From a virus: 64,000 bases of DNA. The notes beneath the pieces were generated by a model that had not been told where the DNA came from, did not search any database, and saw only the letters and a list, made by a program, of their open reading frames with translations. The stretch is from positions 1 to 64,000 of the IMG/VR virus record IMGVR_UViG_3300047157_000068; one strand, written 5' to 3'. A program made the position numbers and the translations under genes. Below, in pieces: positions 29,728-40,554 of the stretch (position 1 is its first letter; every line of letters starts with the position of its first letter).

Positions 29728-29794
29728 ATTTTTTAAAACCAAACAAGTTAATGCCAGTTTTAAAAAATTTTGCAAACAGTTATGAAAAGTAAAT

Positions 29795-30055
29795 TTAAGC
29801 TTTTTCTAAAGTAGCTTCTTCTTTTTCAATATCAGATATAGTCCCATCTTCAAGACTAATGTTTACTGAACCATATTTTTTCTCTAAAGATTCACTTACA
29901 GTCTTCCACTCAACTTGTAATTCTGCATGTCTAGATACTAATTGGTTCTTAACTAATTCAGCATTACCAATATTCATTAGTAATGTATTAATTTGATTTT
30001 GAAGCTCTTTTACTTCATTCAATTCCTTTTTAGAAATCTTTTTTGATTTTGCCAT
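29795..30055 (-). CDS. Small coiled-coil protein (LEKKYG...ISLEDG), tail-fibre associated
   Basis: ORF track; clean start and stop. Confidence 0.7.
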   Translation of the reverse strand: MAKSKKISKKELNEVKELQNQINTLLMNIGNAELVKNQLVSRHAELQVEWKTVSESLEKKYGSVNISLEDGTISDIEKEEATLEKA

Positions 30056-30087
30056 TATAATTGGTTTTTAAAAATTTGTATACTCTT

Positions 30088-30095
30088 CAAAGATA
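30088..30095 (-). promoter_or_regulatory. Bacteroidota sigma70 -7 element TATCTTTG
   Basis: Exact TAnnTTTG match ~33 nt upstream of the 30055 start. Confidence 0.6.
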
Positions 30096-30110
30096 ATAAT
30101 ATTTTCTAAA

Positions 30111-30560
30111 CTACCAAGGAAGATCAACAACTAAATTTGTATCAGGTAATAAATCTTTCTTAATTATATTCTGCATTCCTTTTATATAATCATCCCGTAA
30201 ATACTTTACTAAAAATGTTTTTACATCATTTTTAGATAATGATTTATAATCTTGTTTTGCTACAACTCCTTCATCAGTATCTTTTACTATGTATGATCCG
30301 TGTACAGTAACACTTTTCTTTTCATATGTTGATTTTAATGACTTGGGTATTACTAATGAACCTGTATAAGTAAATACTATCTCCTTTATTAAAGAATTAC
30401 CATCTGTAACTAAAGACTCAATATCAAAATAAAATCTTTGAGATAAGTGCTCTTTAACTACAGGTGCCTCTACTTTTTTAATAGCTTTCTTTTTTACTAC
30501 TTTTTTCTTAGTAGGTTTTTTAATTACTTTTTTGCTTGATGTTTTTTTCTTTTTTGCCAT
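30111..30560 (-). CDS. Tail-fibre-associated protein with Lys-rich N-terminus, ending in LPW
   Basis: ORF track; immediately downstream of the fibre gene; C-terminal LPW is common in fibre accessory proteins. Confidence 0.6.
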   Translation of the reverse strand: MAKKKKTSSKKVIKKPTKKKVVKKKAIKKVEAPVVKEHLSQRFYFDIESLVTDGNSLIKEIVFTYTGSLVIPKSLKSTYEKKSVTVHGSYIVKDTDEGVVAKQDYKSLSKNDVKTFLVKYLRDDYIKGMQNIIKKDLLPDTNLVVDLPW

Positions 30561-30577
30561 AATAGTTAGTTTAAATA

Positions 30578-33500
30578 TTAAAATCTAGGACAATCACCTG
30601 CATTAAAACAAAGTTGTGTTCCATCTTCTAATGTTATCATCATAACAGGGAATTTTTGTCCTTCAACAAAAAAGTCCATTCTGTTAATTGCACTTGTTTT
30701 ACCATCAAGTGAAACTGGAAAACTTGCACCATCATCACCTTTTGGCCCCTGCGGTCCAGTTGGACCTGTAGCACCTGTGTTACCCTTTGATCCAGCAGGT
30801 CCTTGTATTCCTTGTGGTCCTTGACTTCCAGTTGCACCTGTATTACCAGTAGGTCCTCTAGAACCTGTTGGCCCTTGACTACCAGTTGGCCCTTTATCAC
30901 CTTGTGGTCCTTGCGGTCCTTGACTACCTGTAGCTCCGGCTGATCCTGTTGCACCTCTAGGTCCAGTAGCTCCAGTTGCACCTGGTGCTCCATCACTACC
31001 ATCAGTTCCATTACTTCCTGCAGGTCCTTGTGAACCTGTATTTCCTTTAGCTCCAGCTGGTCCCTGGGCACCGGTAGTACCTGTAGCTCCTCTTGGTCCC
31101 GTATCTCCTGTATCCCCTTTAGGTCCTGTCAAACCTGTTGGATCACCTACCCATTCTCCTTTAGCATTAATTACATCACTACCATTAATTCTAACATATC
31201 CTACATCAGCAACATTCTTAACTTTTAAATTACCTGAAGTAGTTAATGACATTGCACCGTCACTATTTGACTGACCTTCATACTTCCAAACCCATCCACG
31301 GTCTGAGTCATTATTCATTTGAAATACTGTAGCATAGTCATTTAAATAACCATAGCTTTGACCAGATTGCATTCCTATACCATAAGTAGATGAGGTACCC
31401 CAGAATCTATATTTACTTGCATTATCACCTGAATTAGTATAGTGATATGTTCCACCATTAGGTCCGGCTGGACCTTGAGAACCAGTATCACCTTTTGGAC
31501 CTTGAGATCCCGTGTCTCCTTTTGCTCCTGCTGCACCAGCAGATCCAGTAGCACCACGTGCACCCGTATCTCCCTTAGCTCCTGCGGTTCCCGGATTACC
31601 TTGAATACCTTGTGAACCTTGAGGACCTCTGTCTCCAGTGTCACCCTTGGCACCTGCAGCTCCAGCGGCTCCTGCAGGTCCTCTTGATCCTGTAGCTCCT
31701 GCATCACCTGTATCACCTTTTGCACCAGCTGTTCCAGTTAATCCACGTATTCCTTGTATTCCTTGTATACCTTGTGATCCTGTATCTCCCTTAACACCTT
31801 GTATTCCTTGAGACCCTGTGTCTCCTTTAGGACCTTGAGGGCCTGTATTAGTTGGCATTGTTACAGAGTTACCATCACTAATTGTAAGTGTTTGACCTGA
31901 TACAGCAAGAGTTTGTTGATCTGCACAAATAGTAACAGTTCTTGCTTCTTCATCAATTTCTACATTTGTTCCTTTACAACCTTGTAAAGTTAAAGTATCA
32001 TTATTGCTACCCGCTTTAATAATACCTTTGCCATTAGTTACGTTTTTAAATATAGTTTGAGAAGAACCTCTATCTGTATTTGTAATAGTAATAGTACCTC
32101 CACTAGATGTAGAAGTCATTTCTGATTGTATACCACTACCTTGTGCTATTGTTAATGTCTCACCATTTGTAACTGCTGTACTTTCTGTTCCATTCCCTTC
32201 TTTAATAGTCCATGAAGACATAGTACCTTGTGGATTACTAAATGATGTAGTAAAGTACCACCATCTTTTTGTGTAAGTGTTAATGTTATTGTAGAAGAAC
32301 CTGAATCACTAAAGCCAGTAATCATGTTATCATACGCAGAGTTAGATTCTGCTGAACTACCACCTGACTCCAAGTTACTGCACCACCTACAGCTAAAGCA
32401 TTTGTTACCATTAAAAGTTAACCCTGAATCACTTGTTATATTTGATGCCATTCCAGTATGCAACTCTACCAGATGAACCACTACCTGTTACATTACCTAC
32501 TTGTGTATTATCTATCTTTTGCCAAGCATCTGTAGCTTGATCAGAGAATACAGCCCAATCTCCTACAGCCCAATCTGTAATGCCGTCTAAATTTGTAGAT
32601 CCAGCTTTGAAACTATGTAATATTCTCCTACTGTTCCTGATCCACTTGTTAATGTTGGTGAGTTTGTACAGCATTCCAACTCCTTCATATTTTAATACTC
32701 CTGTTACAGCTGTATTAATAGCTGTTTGTATCTGTGCACCTGTTGCTAAGTTAGAAGAAGAAGAACTTACTGCACCAGTTTTTGGTGTTAATGTTACTGC
32801 ACCAATTAATGTTGTTCCGCTAGAAGTTAATGTGTTACTATTTCCAGTATTTGCAGTTAACACCGTTAGATAAAACTGCTGGTACTCCAGTGTCTGATAC
32901 TTTCTTAGAGTTATTTACAATAGCAGTTGCCTGTGTAGAAGTAATAGTTGTTGTATTACCTGCCATAGCAGTTGTTGCTGTTGTACCAATAACTAAGTTT
33001 GACGTACCACTTCCTGTACCTGCTCCTATAAGAGTTCTTACCTCTGATGCACTTATTCCTGTATTTAGAGTTGGACTTGCACCATCAGATAATATTGCAG
33101 GTCTACCAGTATCTGGTAATGTGTTAGTAATAGTTATAGTTCCACCACTACTTGTTGATGTCATCTCAGATGTAATACCTGTACCCTGAGCAATAGTAAA
33201 TGTTTCTCCATTAGTAACAGCAGTTGATTCAGTACCATTACCTTCTTTTATTGTCCAAGAACTCATAGATCCTGAACCTGTTCCAGCCCCAATTAATGAC
33301 CTTACTTCTGCTCCAGTTACACCGGAAGCTAAAGTTGGTGTACCACCACCACTAAATATACCCGGCTCAGCATAAATAGTAGAACTATTAAATGCATTAC
33401 TTCCATATGTATATGTTTGATTTGTAGTACCACTAACGCTAAACGTAAGTGTGTTACCTGATTTAGTTATACCATCAAGATAAAAGTTTGAAGCAGATGT

Positions 33501-33785
33501 TAAATATCTACCATCTAAATCTACTGTAAGGTCTGCTAGACCTGAACGTGTTAATGTTAAAACTCCATTACTAGTATTAAAGCTTATACCTGATACATAG
33601 TTATTTGTACCTGTCTGATCATCAATCCATTTTACAGCTGTACCTGTAGTACTAAGAACTTGACCATTAGTACCAGCAGATCCACTACTATCTAATATTC
33701 TACCACCTGCCCCTAAAGAAACAGTAGTATCTACAGTGTTACCTTCTAAAGATAATAATCTTTGTGAGCCAGTTATTGTTGCCAT
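30578..33785 (-). CDS. Long tail fibre with collagen-like C-terminal region (one gene split by apparent indels into ORFs 32838-33785, 32429-32863, 32152-32481, 30578-32221)
   Basis: Continuous Gly/Ser/Thr-rich fibre sequence across overlapping frames; WAVGDW...WQKIDN motif; G-X-Y repeats. Confidence 0.75.
30730..31845 (-). repeat. Two collagen-like Gly-X-Y tracts (~30730-31130 and ~31465-31845)
   Basis: [10 protein letters not shown] repeats flanking a non-collagen domain. Confidence 0.9.
32078..33266 (-). repeat. Diverged ~145-bp direct repeat ([22 protein letters not shown]...[11 protein letters not shown]) at ~32078-32221 and ~33120-33266
   Basis: Near-identical peptide in ORFs 30578-32221 and 32838-33785, with synonymous differences. 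Confidence 0.85.
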
Positions 33786-33786
33786 A

Positions 33787-35532
33787 TTATTTCTTTTTTC
33801 CTCTTAATTTAAACTTAGTCATTTTTTGTTTAATAGCAGGATCCATTTCTGATGCATACTTAGTTCCACACATCATAAAATCTTCTGTTTCACTCATCTT
33901 ATATGCATTTTTAGATATGTCACCTGATGCAGATAATTTTAACAAAAGTTTATTTCCTGGTTTTGAAAACGTATGTTCTGCAGTATCAGTACCGGAATAT
34001 ACTTCCCATGTTGCTCCATCATCATTAGACACATAATAACTCAATGTACAACCATTAGGAATAAAATAATCTACTCTATTCCAAAAAACAAAATCAACAG
34101 AAGCTGAGTTATCTAATGTATAAGGTCCATATACTATTTCCCAATTAGGTATAAAATGATTAGCATATTTTGCATCCCATATTCTAAAACCATGTCCATC
34201 ATATCCATAACCCATCTGAATCCACCATTCTGCACCGCCTGTAGAATACATTCTAGTAATGTTACATCCATAATCAGCTCTATAAGATCTTCCTCTTCCC
34301 TCTGATGTGGTATCTTCAACAACTGTATCATGTCTACGTAAAGCAACATATCTATCATTATCTTGATCTAAGAATCCTGGTATCATAGCTCCACCTCTAT
34401 CTGCTGCAGTAGGAATAAAATTAGGATAACCTACCATTTTATCAGTTGGTTTACCACCTTGAGCATCTTGATACTTTACTCCAGCTCTAAATAAAATACC
34501 ATAGTTATTACCTGGATTAGTAGAACCTTCATATGTAATTTGCAAAACAGTGGCTTTATTACCAGTAAGACATGGAGTCACATCAAGTTTGGTATGTCTA
34601 CCAGACGCACCAACCCAAAATACATTAGGTTCATTTATTGGATCGGGTATAAACCATCCTTGTTCATAACCATCATCTCCCTGACTTATATCTCCCATAT
34701 CTACATAAACTGATTTAGGTTTGGCTGTAGATGCATCTAATATTAGAGAAAAGTTTGCATTATAGTAATAAGCATATAATATCCTGTCATTAATTTCATC
34801 ATACATAATCCAACCTCTGTATCCATTTCTATCTACAGGTTCGGAGCCTTCAAACATTATATTTCCTGCTGTGGCATCCATATATAATCTTTCTTCAACA
34901 CCAGTTTTCATGTTTCTACGCATACATCTTTTATAATGTCTTGCATCATAGTCACTTGCATATGCCCATTCTCCTGCTGCACACAAGCCTCCTACATAAT
35001 ATAGACCTGTGCTTTCTACATAACCTCCACCAGTATCTTGTGACCCTATATATATTTGAGGATTACTGTGTGTTGGTCTTGGATCTTTAACAAAGGTTGA
35101 TCCTCCATTCATAAGACCACTGTAGTCAAATGTAGTATAGCCATTAACATTATAAGTCATAACTACACCTTTCTTGTTTATTTTATCAATACAAATAGAT
35201 TGCATATGGTTGTATGTAGATGTTGTATCTCTCCATAAAAAGTTACTGTCAAAAAATAACCTTGTCATAGTACCATCATCATTTAGTCTACGTACAGCAA
35301 AGCCATCACCCCAACCAACTGTAAAAAGTAAGTCACCATCTATTTCAAAAGCAGTTGTATAACCAATAAGTCTGTCACCACCATCATATTCACCACTACC
35401 AGAAGACACAGTAACATTACTCATACCTCTTTTAGTTACAGGTACAATAGCTACTTGCCCACTATAATTATTAGAGGCACATCCTACAATGGATTTTATA
35501 TCACTATTACTTACGTTAGTTGCTTTAAACAT
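33787..35532 (-). CDS. Putative receptor-binding / beta-propeller-like tail protein (581 aa)
   Basis: Aromatic/Gly-rich, located in the fibre cluster; YYVSNDDGATW BNR-like motif. Confidence 0.5.
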   Translation of the reverse strand: MFKATNVSNSDIKSIVGCASNNYSGQVAIVPVTKRGMSNVTVSSGSGEYDGGDRLIGYTTAFEIDGDLLFTVGWGDGFAVRRLNDDGTMTRLFFDSNFLWRDTTSTYNHMQSICIDKINKKGVVMTYNVNGYTTFDYSGLMNGGSTFVKDPRPTHSNPQIYIGSQDTGGGYVESTGLYYVGGLCAAGEWAYASDYDARHYKRCMRRNMKTGVEERLYMDATAGNIMFEGSEPVDRNGYRGWIMYDEINDRILYAYYYNANFSLILDASTAKPKSVYVDMGDISQGDDGYEQGWFIPDPINEPNVFWVGASGRHTKLDVTPCLTGNKATVLQITYEGSTNPGNNYGILFRAGVKYQDAQGGKPTDKMVGYPNFIPTAADRGGAMIPGFLDQDNDRYVALRRHDTVVEDTTSEGRGRSYRADYGCNITRMYSTGGAEWWIQMGYGYDGHGFRIWDAKYANHFIPNWEIVYGPYTLDNSASVDFVFWNRVDYFIPNGCTLSYYVSNDDGATWEVYSGTDTAEHTFSKPGNKLLLKLSASGDISKNAYKMSETEDFMMCGTKYASEMDPAIKQKMTKFKLRGKKK

Positions 35533-35693
35533 TCTTGTATTTCAAATTGTAACATTTTAATCATACTATCATTAGAACCTGCTGGAGCTACATTTACCAT
35601 GTTTAACTCTTCAGCCAATGCTTCTTCAAATTCAGCTAGACAATCTAACCAATATTGTCTGTCATCTGTTATTTCAGTTCCTCTTTCTGACAT
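35511..35693 (-). CDS. Small acidic hypothetical protein
   Basis: Fills the gap between two genes with tight spacing. Confidence 0.6.
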   Translation of the reverse strand: MSERGTEITDDRQYWLDCLAEFEEALAEELNMVNVAPAGSNDSMIKMLQFEIQECLKQLT

Positions 35694-35694
35694 C

Positions 35695-37287
35695 TTATGT
35701 TGTTATTACTTCTACCCAAAACTGGTGAAAATTCCTACTTACTCCTACACTATGCATATAAGATGAATTCATTCCGCTATAAACCAATGACGCATTAGAT
35801 CTTGATAATGCACCTTGAGTTGTTGCTGAATCCATGTATATTTCTATGTGGTCTATAAATCTTGACAAAGGCAAATCATATTGAACATAATATGCAGAAG
35901 GTAATTCTATTACTGACATATTAATAACAGACAACGCACCTGCTGTATAAGCTTGACTTACTAATGAAGGACTTGAATATACACCTTCTTTAACGGCATA
36001 TATTCTATATGACATTGTACCACTAGTATTAAATGTAGTATCTACAATAGTCATTGTGCCAGAAAAATCATCTATTGGTACTTGACCTATAATACCAAAG
36101 TCTGCACCATCATCTGATGACCAAACTTGATAGTAATCTATATTATTTGAACTTGATTTACCAAATACAACCTCTATTGTTTGACCAACCACTGAAGCTG
36201 ATACATTAGTAGGAGCACCTGGAGCTGCAGGTCTATGATTGCTTATAGCATTATCTACATATGTTTTATTTGTTGCATCTGTACCAGATGAAACTGTATC
36301 TACCCCTTGTATTCTACCAGTTCCCCCAAGGGTAATGTCACCACCAGAAACTGTTATATCATTAGCAAAAGTAGAATTACCACTTGAATCATTTATTGTT
36401 GTTGTTTTTCTACCTGCCCAGCTACTACTCCAATTATCAGGGGAAGAGTTTATCTGTATTCCTGACTCAGCATTTAAATAAACTAACTCACCTGTTTGTC
36501 CTGATGCGTAACTAGATGATTCTCCTGCATTAAGTACAAGTTGTTGACCACCATAAGTTCTTACTTGATTAGTTCTTAATCCATCTCCATTGGAAAAATC
36601 AGCTCTACTTGTAAATGTTTTTACATCACCAATGGATTGTGCACCTGAAGTTCTTACTACTGTACTATCTACTTCAATTGTACCTGTTGAGGTTATTGTA
36701 CCTCCTGTAATACCATTTGATGTAGCTATAGAAGTAACACCTGAGCTTGTAACATATCTTCCATCAAGATCAACTGTTACTGCAGTAAGTCCAGATCTAT
36801 TAAGTGTTAATACACCATTACCTGTATCAAAAGATGCAGAACTTAAATAATAGTTTGTTGTTGTATCCTTAGATATAATCTCAATAGTATCTGTACTTGC
36901 ATCAGTCTTTATTGTAATATTACTACCTGCTTTAAATGTAAGTGTATCATTATTATTATCTGCAACAATGTTAGATTGACCAGCTGCTGCAATATTTTTA
37001 AATATGTTTTGAGCTGAACCTCTATCACTATTTGATAAGGTTATTGTACCACTTGATGTTATTGTACCTGTACCAGATAAACCATTAGAACCTGTAACAG
37101 TAACTGAAGTCACAGTACCTGTTCCTGAACCTGCACCAATATCTGATAAAAGTTGAGCTTTAGTTCTGTACTTCAATCCTGAACCATCCCATACTAATAT
37201 ACCAGTATATGTACTGTTATCATTCGCTATACTAGTGACAGTACATGATCCGTTTATTTCTATTGAAGATAAAAAACTTATAGCCAT
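35695..37287 (-). CDS. Tail fibre protein with C-terminal FN3-like domain
   Basis: GTVTSV repeats, DATNKTYVD motif, PGAPTNV...YRIYAV. Confidence 0.75.
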   Translation of the reverse strand: MAISFLSSIEINGSCTVTSIANDNSTYTGILVWDGSGLKYRTKAQLLSDIGAGSGTGTVTSVTVTGSNGLSGTGTITSSGTITLSNSDRGSAQNIFKNIAAAGQSNIVADNNNDTLTFKAGSNITIKTDASTDTIEIISKDTTTNYYLSSASFDTGNGVLTLNRSGLTAVTVDLDGRYVTSSGVTSIATSNGITGGTITSTGTIEVDSTVVRTSGAQSIGDVKTFTSRADFSNGDGLRTNQVRTYGGQQLVLNAGESSSYASGQTGELVYLNAESGIQINSSPDNWSSSWAGRKTTTINDSSGNSTFANDITVSGGDITLGGTGRIQGVDTVSSGTDATNKTYVDNAISNHRPAAPGAPTNVSASVVGQTIEVVFGKSSSNNIDYYQVWSSDDGADFGIIGQVPIDDFSGTMTIVDTTFNTSGTMSYRIYAVKEGVYSSPSLVSQAYTAGALSVINMSVIELPSAYYVQYDLPLSRFIDHIEIYMDSATTQGALSRSNASLVYSGMNSSYMHSVGVSRNFHQFWVEVITT

Positions 37288-37308
37288 GACATTTTATTCT
37301 TTGTTTGC

Positions 37309-37318
37309 AATATACATA
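37309..37318 (-). promoter_or_regulatory. Phage promoter motif TATGTATATT
   Basis: GTATATT core upstream of the 37287 start. Confidence 0.5.
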
Positions 37319-37322
37319 TTTT

Positions 37323-37369
37323 AAAAAAAAGGGGAAACACTAAATTCTAGATTTAAATGCTCCCCCTTT
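37323..37369 (-). terminator. Intrinsic terminator
   Basis: AAAGGGGGAGCA...TGTTTCCCCTTTTTTTT. Confidence 0.75.
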
Positions 37370-37384
37370 AAATTCTACTCTTTA

Positions 37385-39790
37385 TTATCCTACAAGTTGC
37401 ATTACTACTGTAATGTCATTTGCACCCATATTAGCACTTGTAGTAAATGTTACAGTTCCTGAAGCTTTATCTGCAAGAACATCCATAAATACTTGATTTC
37501 CTTTAGAATCATAAGTTTGAATAATCCAAGGTCCATTAGCTAATCCATGAACACCAGTAGCAATACTAAAAGTGTTTGTAGTAGTTGCTGGATAAGTACC
37601 TGTGTATGATCTTTTAGATTGAGCACTTGCCAATGTTGCTGGAGTTACATATCTAAATGTATCTGTTCCCGCATCAACTTCAGCTTGTGTTGCTATCTCT
37701 GTAACACCAACTGATCCTGTTGCAGCATTAGGTAATGTTCTTTTACTCATTGATGTAATAACACCATCTGTAACATTAATCTGATCTACAACGTCTACAT
37801 CACTTGTATCAAGATCTGTACTAGTACCAATCTCTTTGTTGAATGTACTTGCTAGTTGAGCATCACTAATTCCACCTGCTTTAACAGTAATAAATCCAGT
37901 TGCTGTACCAGCAAAAGTTGCACTACTAAATCCAGCAACACCTTTTTCAGTTGCTCCATCTGTAGCACCTACTCCTGCAATGTTTTGATCTTGAATAACA
38001 ATAGCATAATCTGAAGCTGGAGGATTAGAACTTGCTGCAATTGCTTGATTAGCATAAATTGTATCTCCAACCTCTACATCTACATTACTTCCATTAAATG
38101 CTATAGTACCATCTTTAGTAACAACAAAGAAATCCCCGGTTGTTAGTGCAATGTTACTTGCTCCTGCTATTGCTGGTGAGTTTGCTGATGCATCATATCC
38201 ACCTTGGAATACACCAACTCCGGCTACAAGTGCTTGTACTTGTCCTAAGTTAACTGCATCTTTTGATGCTGTACCATTTGCTAAAGCTGTAAGTTTGAAA
38301 GCTCCAAAACTTAAATCAGCAAAAGGTGCATCAAATACAGATAATGAAACTTTACCAAGCGGTTGTTTAACTGTTTCTCCTTTACCACTTGCTACATCTT
38401 GTATTAATATAAGGTCATCAATCAGTGGATTTTGTGCCATTGGTGGAGCATCTTCTATAAGACCAGTTATACCATAATCAACTTCAACTGTTCCTGTAGC
38501 TGTAATTGTTCCACCTGTAAGACCTTTACCTGTACCAACACTTGTTACTGTACCAGTTGTATAAGTACCTAAAGTTAAATCACCAAGTACTACTTGACTT
38601 GATGAACCTGCTCCTGCAATGTTTATTGTACCTGAAGTAGTAATTGGTCCACCTGTAATTGTTAATGCATTACCTGTTTCTGTTATTTCAATACTTGTTA
38701 CACCTGAACCAGAATCATTAACCCACTCTACTACACCTAATGAGGAAACAGCAAGTCTTTGCCCACTTCCACCAATTCCTAATGTAGCTAATGAATTTGC
38801 ACCATCTGCAAATAATATATCTCCTTTGGTATATGATGCTAATCCTGTACCTCCGTTTACTTCGTTTAATGTACCAGCTAAAGTAATTGTTCCAGAAGCT
38901 GTAATTGGACCACCACTTGTTGTTAAACCAGTAGTTCCACCACTAACATCAACAGAAGTTACAGAACCTGCACCTGCATTAATATAACTTGCTACTTGAG
39001 ATAAGTTTGCAAATTTAGCATTGCTATCTGTATCATCAGAAAATAAAATTTTATCATCCGCAACTAAAGTAACAGCTGTTCCATCAGCACCATCTAAAAT
39101 TATGTTATCAGCTCCTGCATATTGTACAGATATTGTACCTGTTGCAGTAATGGCACCACCAGTTAAACCAGCTCCAGAATCTACAGAAGTTACTGTACCA
39201 TCTTTACCAAACCCTGGCATTTTATCAATTGATGTCTTGTAGATAACATCATCTGCTTGAGCTGAAAACCATAAAAAGTCTTCTGATGTTGGACTCTGTG
39301 CAGTTGCTGCTAAGATTGCATTCGCTGCAGTATCATATAGAATATTTACTGTAGGTACGTCTGTTGATTTACCAGTTATACTAATACCAGTACCAGCTAC
39401 AACATCTGTTACTGTACCAACGTATTGATCAGCTGAATTAATAGTGAATGTAGAACCGGCACGTGTTACTGTAGTTGTACCAGAACCTGTATATACTATT
39501 GAATCAGTACTAGCTGGATTTGAAGCAACTAAATTTAATGTTGCTGTTCCGTTACCAGATCCTGTTGCTGTTAAGTCATAGGTTGTGTTACCATCTGCAC
39601 CTGTTGTTATATCTACCCAAGCAGAACCATCATATAATTTTAGTTTATTTGTACCAGAGTTATAATAGATTTTACCTGCAATTCCTGACGGGTCAGCGCC
39701 AAGAGGCTGAATGATCACATTTTGTATTTGATTATCATTCAGATTTAAATTTCCTTGGACATTAAGTCCCGTTAAAAATTGTACTGCCAT
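37385..39790 (-). CDS. Tail fibre protein (801 aa)
   Basis: Repeated GTVTSVxxGxGLTGGxITxxGTI, DAVNLGQ and EIATQAEVDAGTD fibre motifs. Confidence 0.8.
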   Translation of the reverse strand: MAVQFLTGLNVQGNLNLNDNQIQNVIIQPLGADPSGIAGKIYYNSGTNKLKLYDGSAWVDITTGADGNTTYDLTATGSGNGTATLNLVASNPASTDSIVYTGSGTTTVTRAGSTFTINSADQYVGTVTDVVAGTGISITGKSTDVPTVNILYDTAANAILAATAQSPTSEDFLWFSAQADDVIYKTSIDKMPGFGKDGTVTSVDSGAGLTGGAITATGTISVQYAGADNIILDGADGTAVTLVADDKILFSDDTDSNAKFANLSQVASYINAGAGSVTSVDVSGGTTGLTTSGGPITASGTITLAGTLNEVNGGTGLASYTKGDILFADGANSLATLGIGGSGQRLAVSSLGVVEWVNDSGSGVTSIEITETGNALTITGGPITTSGTINIAGAGSSSQVVLGDLTLGTYTTGTVTSVGTGKGLTGGTITATGTVEVDYGITGLIEDAPPMAQNPLIDDLILIQDVASGKGETVKQPLGKVSLSVFDAPFADLSFGAFKLTALANGTASKDAVNLGQVQALVAGVGVFQGGYDASANSPAIAGASNIALTTGDFFVVTKDGTIAFNGSNVDVEVGDTIYANQAIAASSNPPASDYAIVIQDQNIAGVGATDGATEKGVAGFSSATFAGTATGFITVKAGGISDAQLASTFNKEIGTSTDLDTSDVDVVDQINVTDGVITSMSKRTLPNAATGSVGVTEIATQAEVDAGTDTFRYVTPATLASAQSKRSYTGTYPATTTNTFSIATGVHGLANGPWIIQTYDSKGNQVFMDVLADKASGTVTFTTSANMGANDITVVMQLVG

Positions 39791-39826
39791 TTTATTTTTT
39801 TTATTTGTTATTTATTTGTTTATTAT

Positions 39827-40369
39827 TTAATTTAAAAATACACATCCTGAAAATGATGCATTAAAAGTTATAACTAATTGTTGTGTGCTTTTGTAGTCCA
39901 CATTACCTACTACTACTGTATTACCGCTATCAACAACCGTAACAGAGGGGTAACTTCCCAAATTATGTGTAACAGTCCATATACTAGATGCATTCTCAAA
40001 ACATTGTGTATATGTACCTTTATCTTCTAATATTTCTTCTAAATCTAATACTGTACAAACACTTGATGGTGTCTCTGGACAACTCATGCTTGCTTTTAAA
40101 TTTATTTCAGCCAGTGGCTCAACAAAAACACCGGGTGATTCTGTAGCTGCAACTACTTTAAAGCTAGCAGCGTTTTGCCAATCACATATATCTTTTCGTA
40201 GTATAGCTTGCTCCATATCCGTGTAGCAACATGCTTCTATTCCAAATCTAATAGATTGAAAATTTGCATATACTTGCTGAGCAAAAGTTTGTTCAACTTT
40301 AATTCTTTTTATTAAAGCCTGCTCTTTTACTTGTTCTGCATTAGAATATGATCTGATTGCTTTAGCCAT
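39827..40369 (-). CDS. Tail hub / fibre-attachment protein
   Basis: WTVTHNLGSYPSVTVVD motif; synteny. Confidence 0.5.
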   Translation of the reverse strand: MAKAIRSYSNAEQVKEQALIKRIKVEQTFAQQVYANFQSIRFGIEACCYTDMEQAILRKDICDWQNAASFKVVAATESPGVFVEPLAEINLKASMSCPETPSSVCTVLDLEEILEDKGTYTQCFENASSIWTVTHNLGSYPSVTVVDSGNTVVVGNVDYKSTQQLVITFNASFSGCVFLN

Positions 40370-40370
40370 A

Positions 40371-40544
40371 TTATTTATTTCTTAAATCTTGTATTTGTTG
40401 TCTAGCCAATTGTTTATTTACATTGTTAGTGTTACTTGAATCAGCTTTAGCTTTACATTGTTTACATACTACTACTCCATTTCCTAATGAAGCTTTCTGG
40501 CATCCGCAGGTAAATCTTTTATTACAGTGTGCACAATTTGACAT
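40371..40544 (-). CDS. Small Cys-rich (Zn-binding) protein, 57 aa, not in the ORF track
   Basis: MSNCAHCNKRFTCGCQKASLGNGVVVCKQCK...; fills the intergenic gap exactly. Confidence 0.7.
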   Translation of the reverse strand: MSNCAHCNKRFTCGCQKASLGNGVVVCKQCKAKADSSNTNNVNKQLARQQIQDLRNK

Positions 40545-40554
40545 TTTATTTGGT

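Noticed and set aside
30578-39790. Diversity-generating retroelement or invertible shufflon acting on the fibres
   Set aside because: The repeats are direct, differ at synonymous positions rather than only at adenines, and no reverse transcriptase or recombinase is present in the window.
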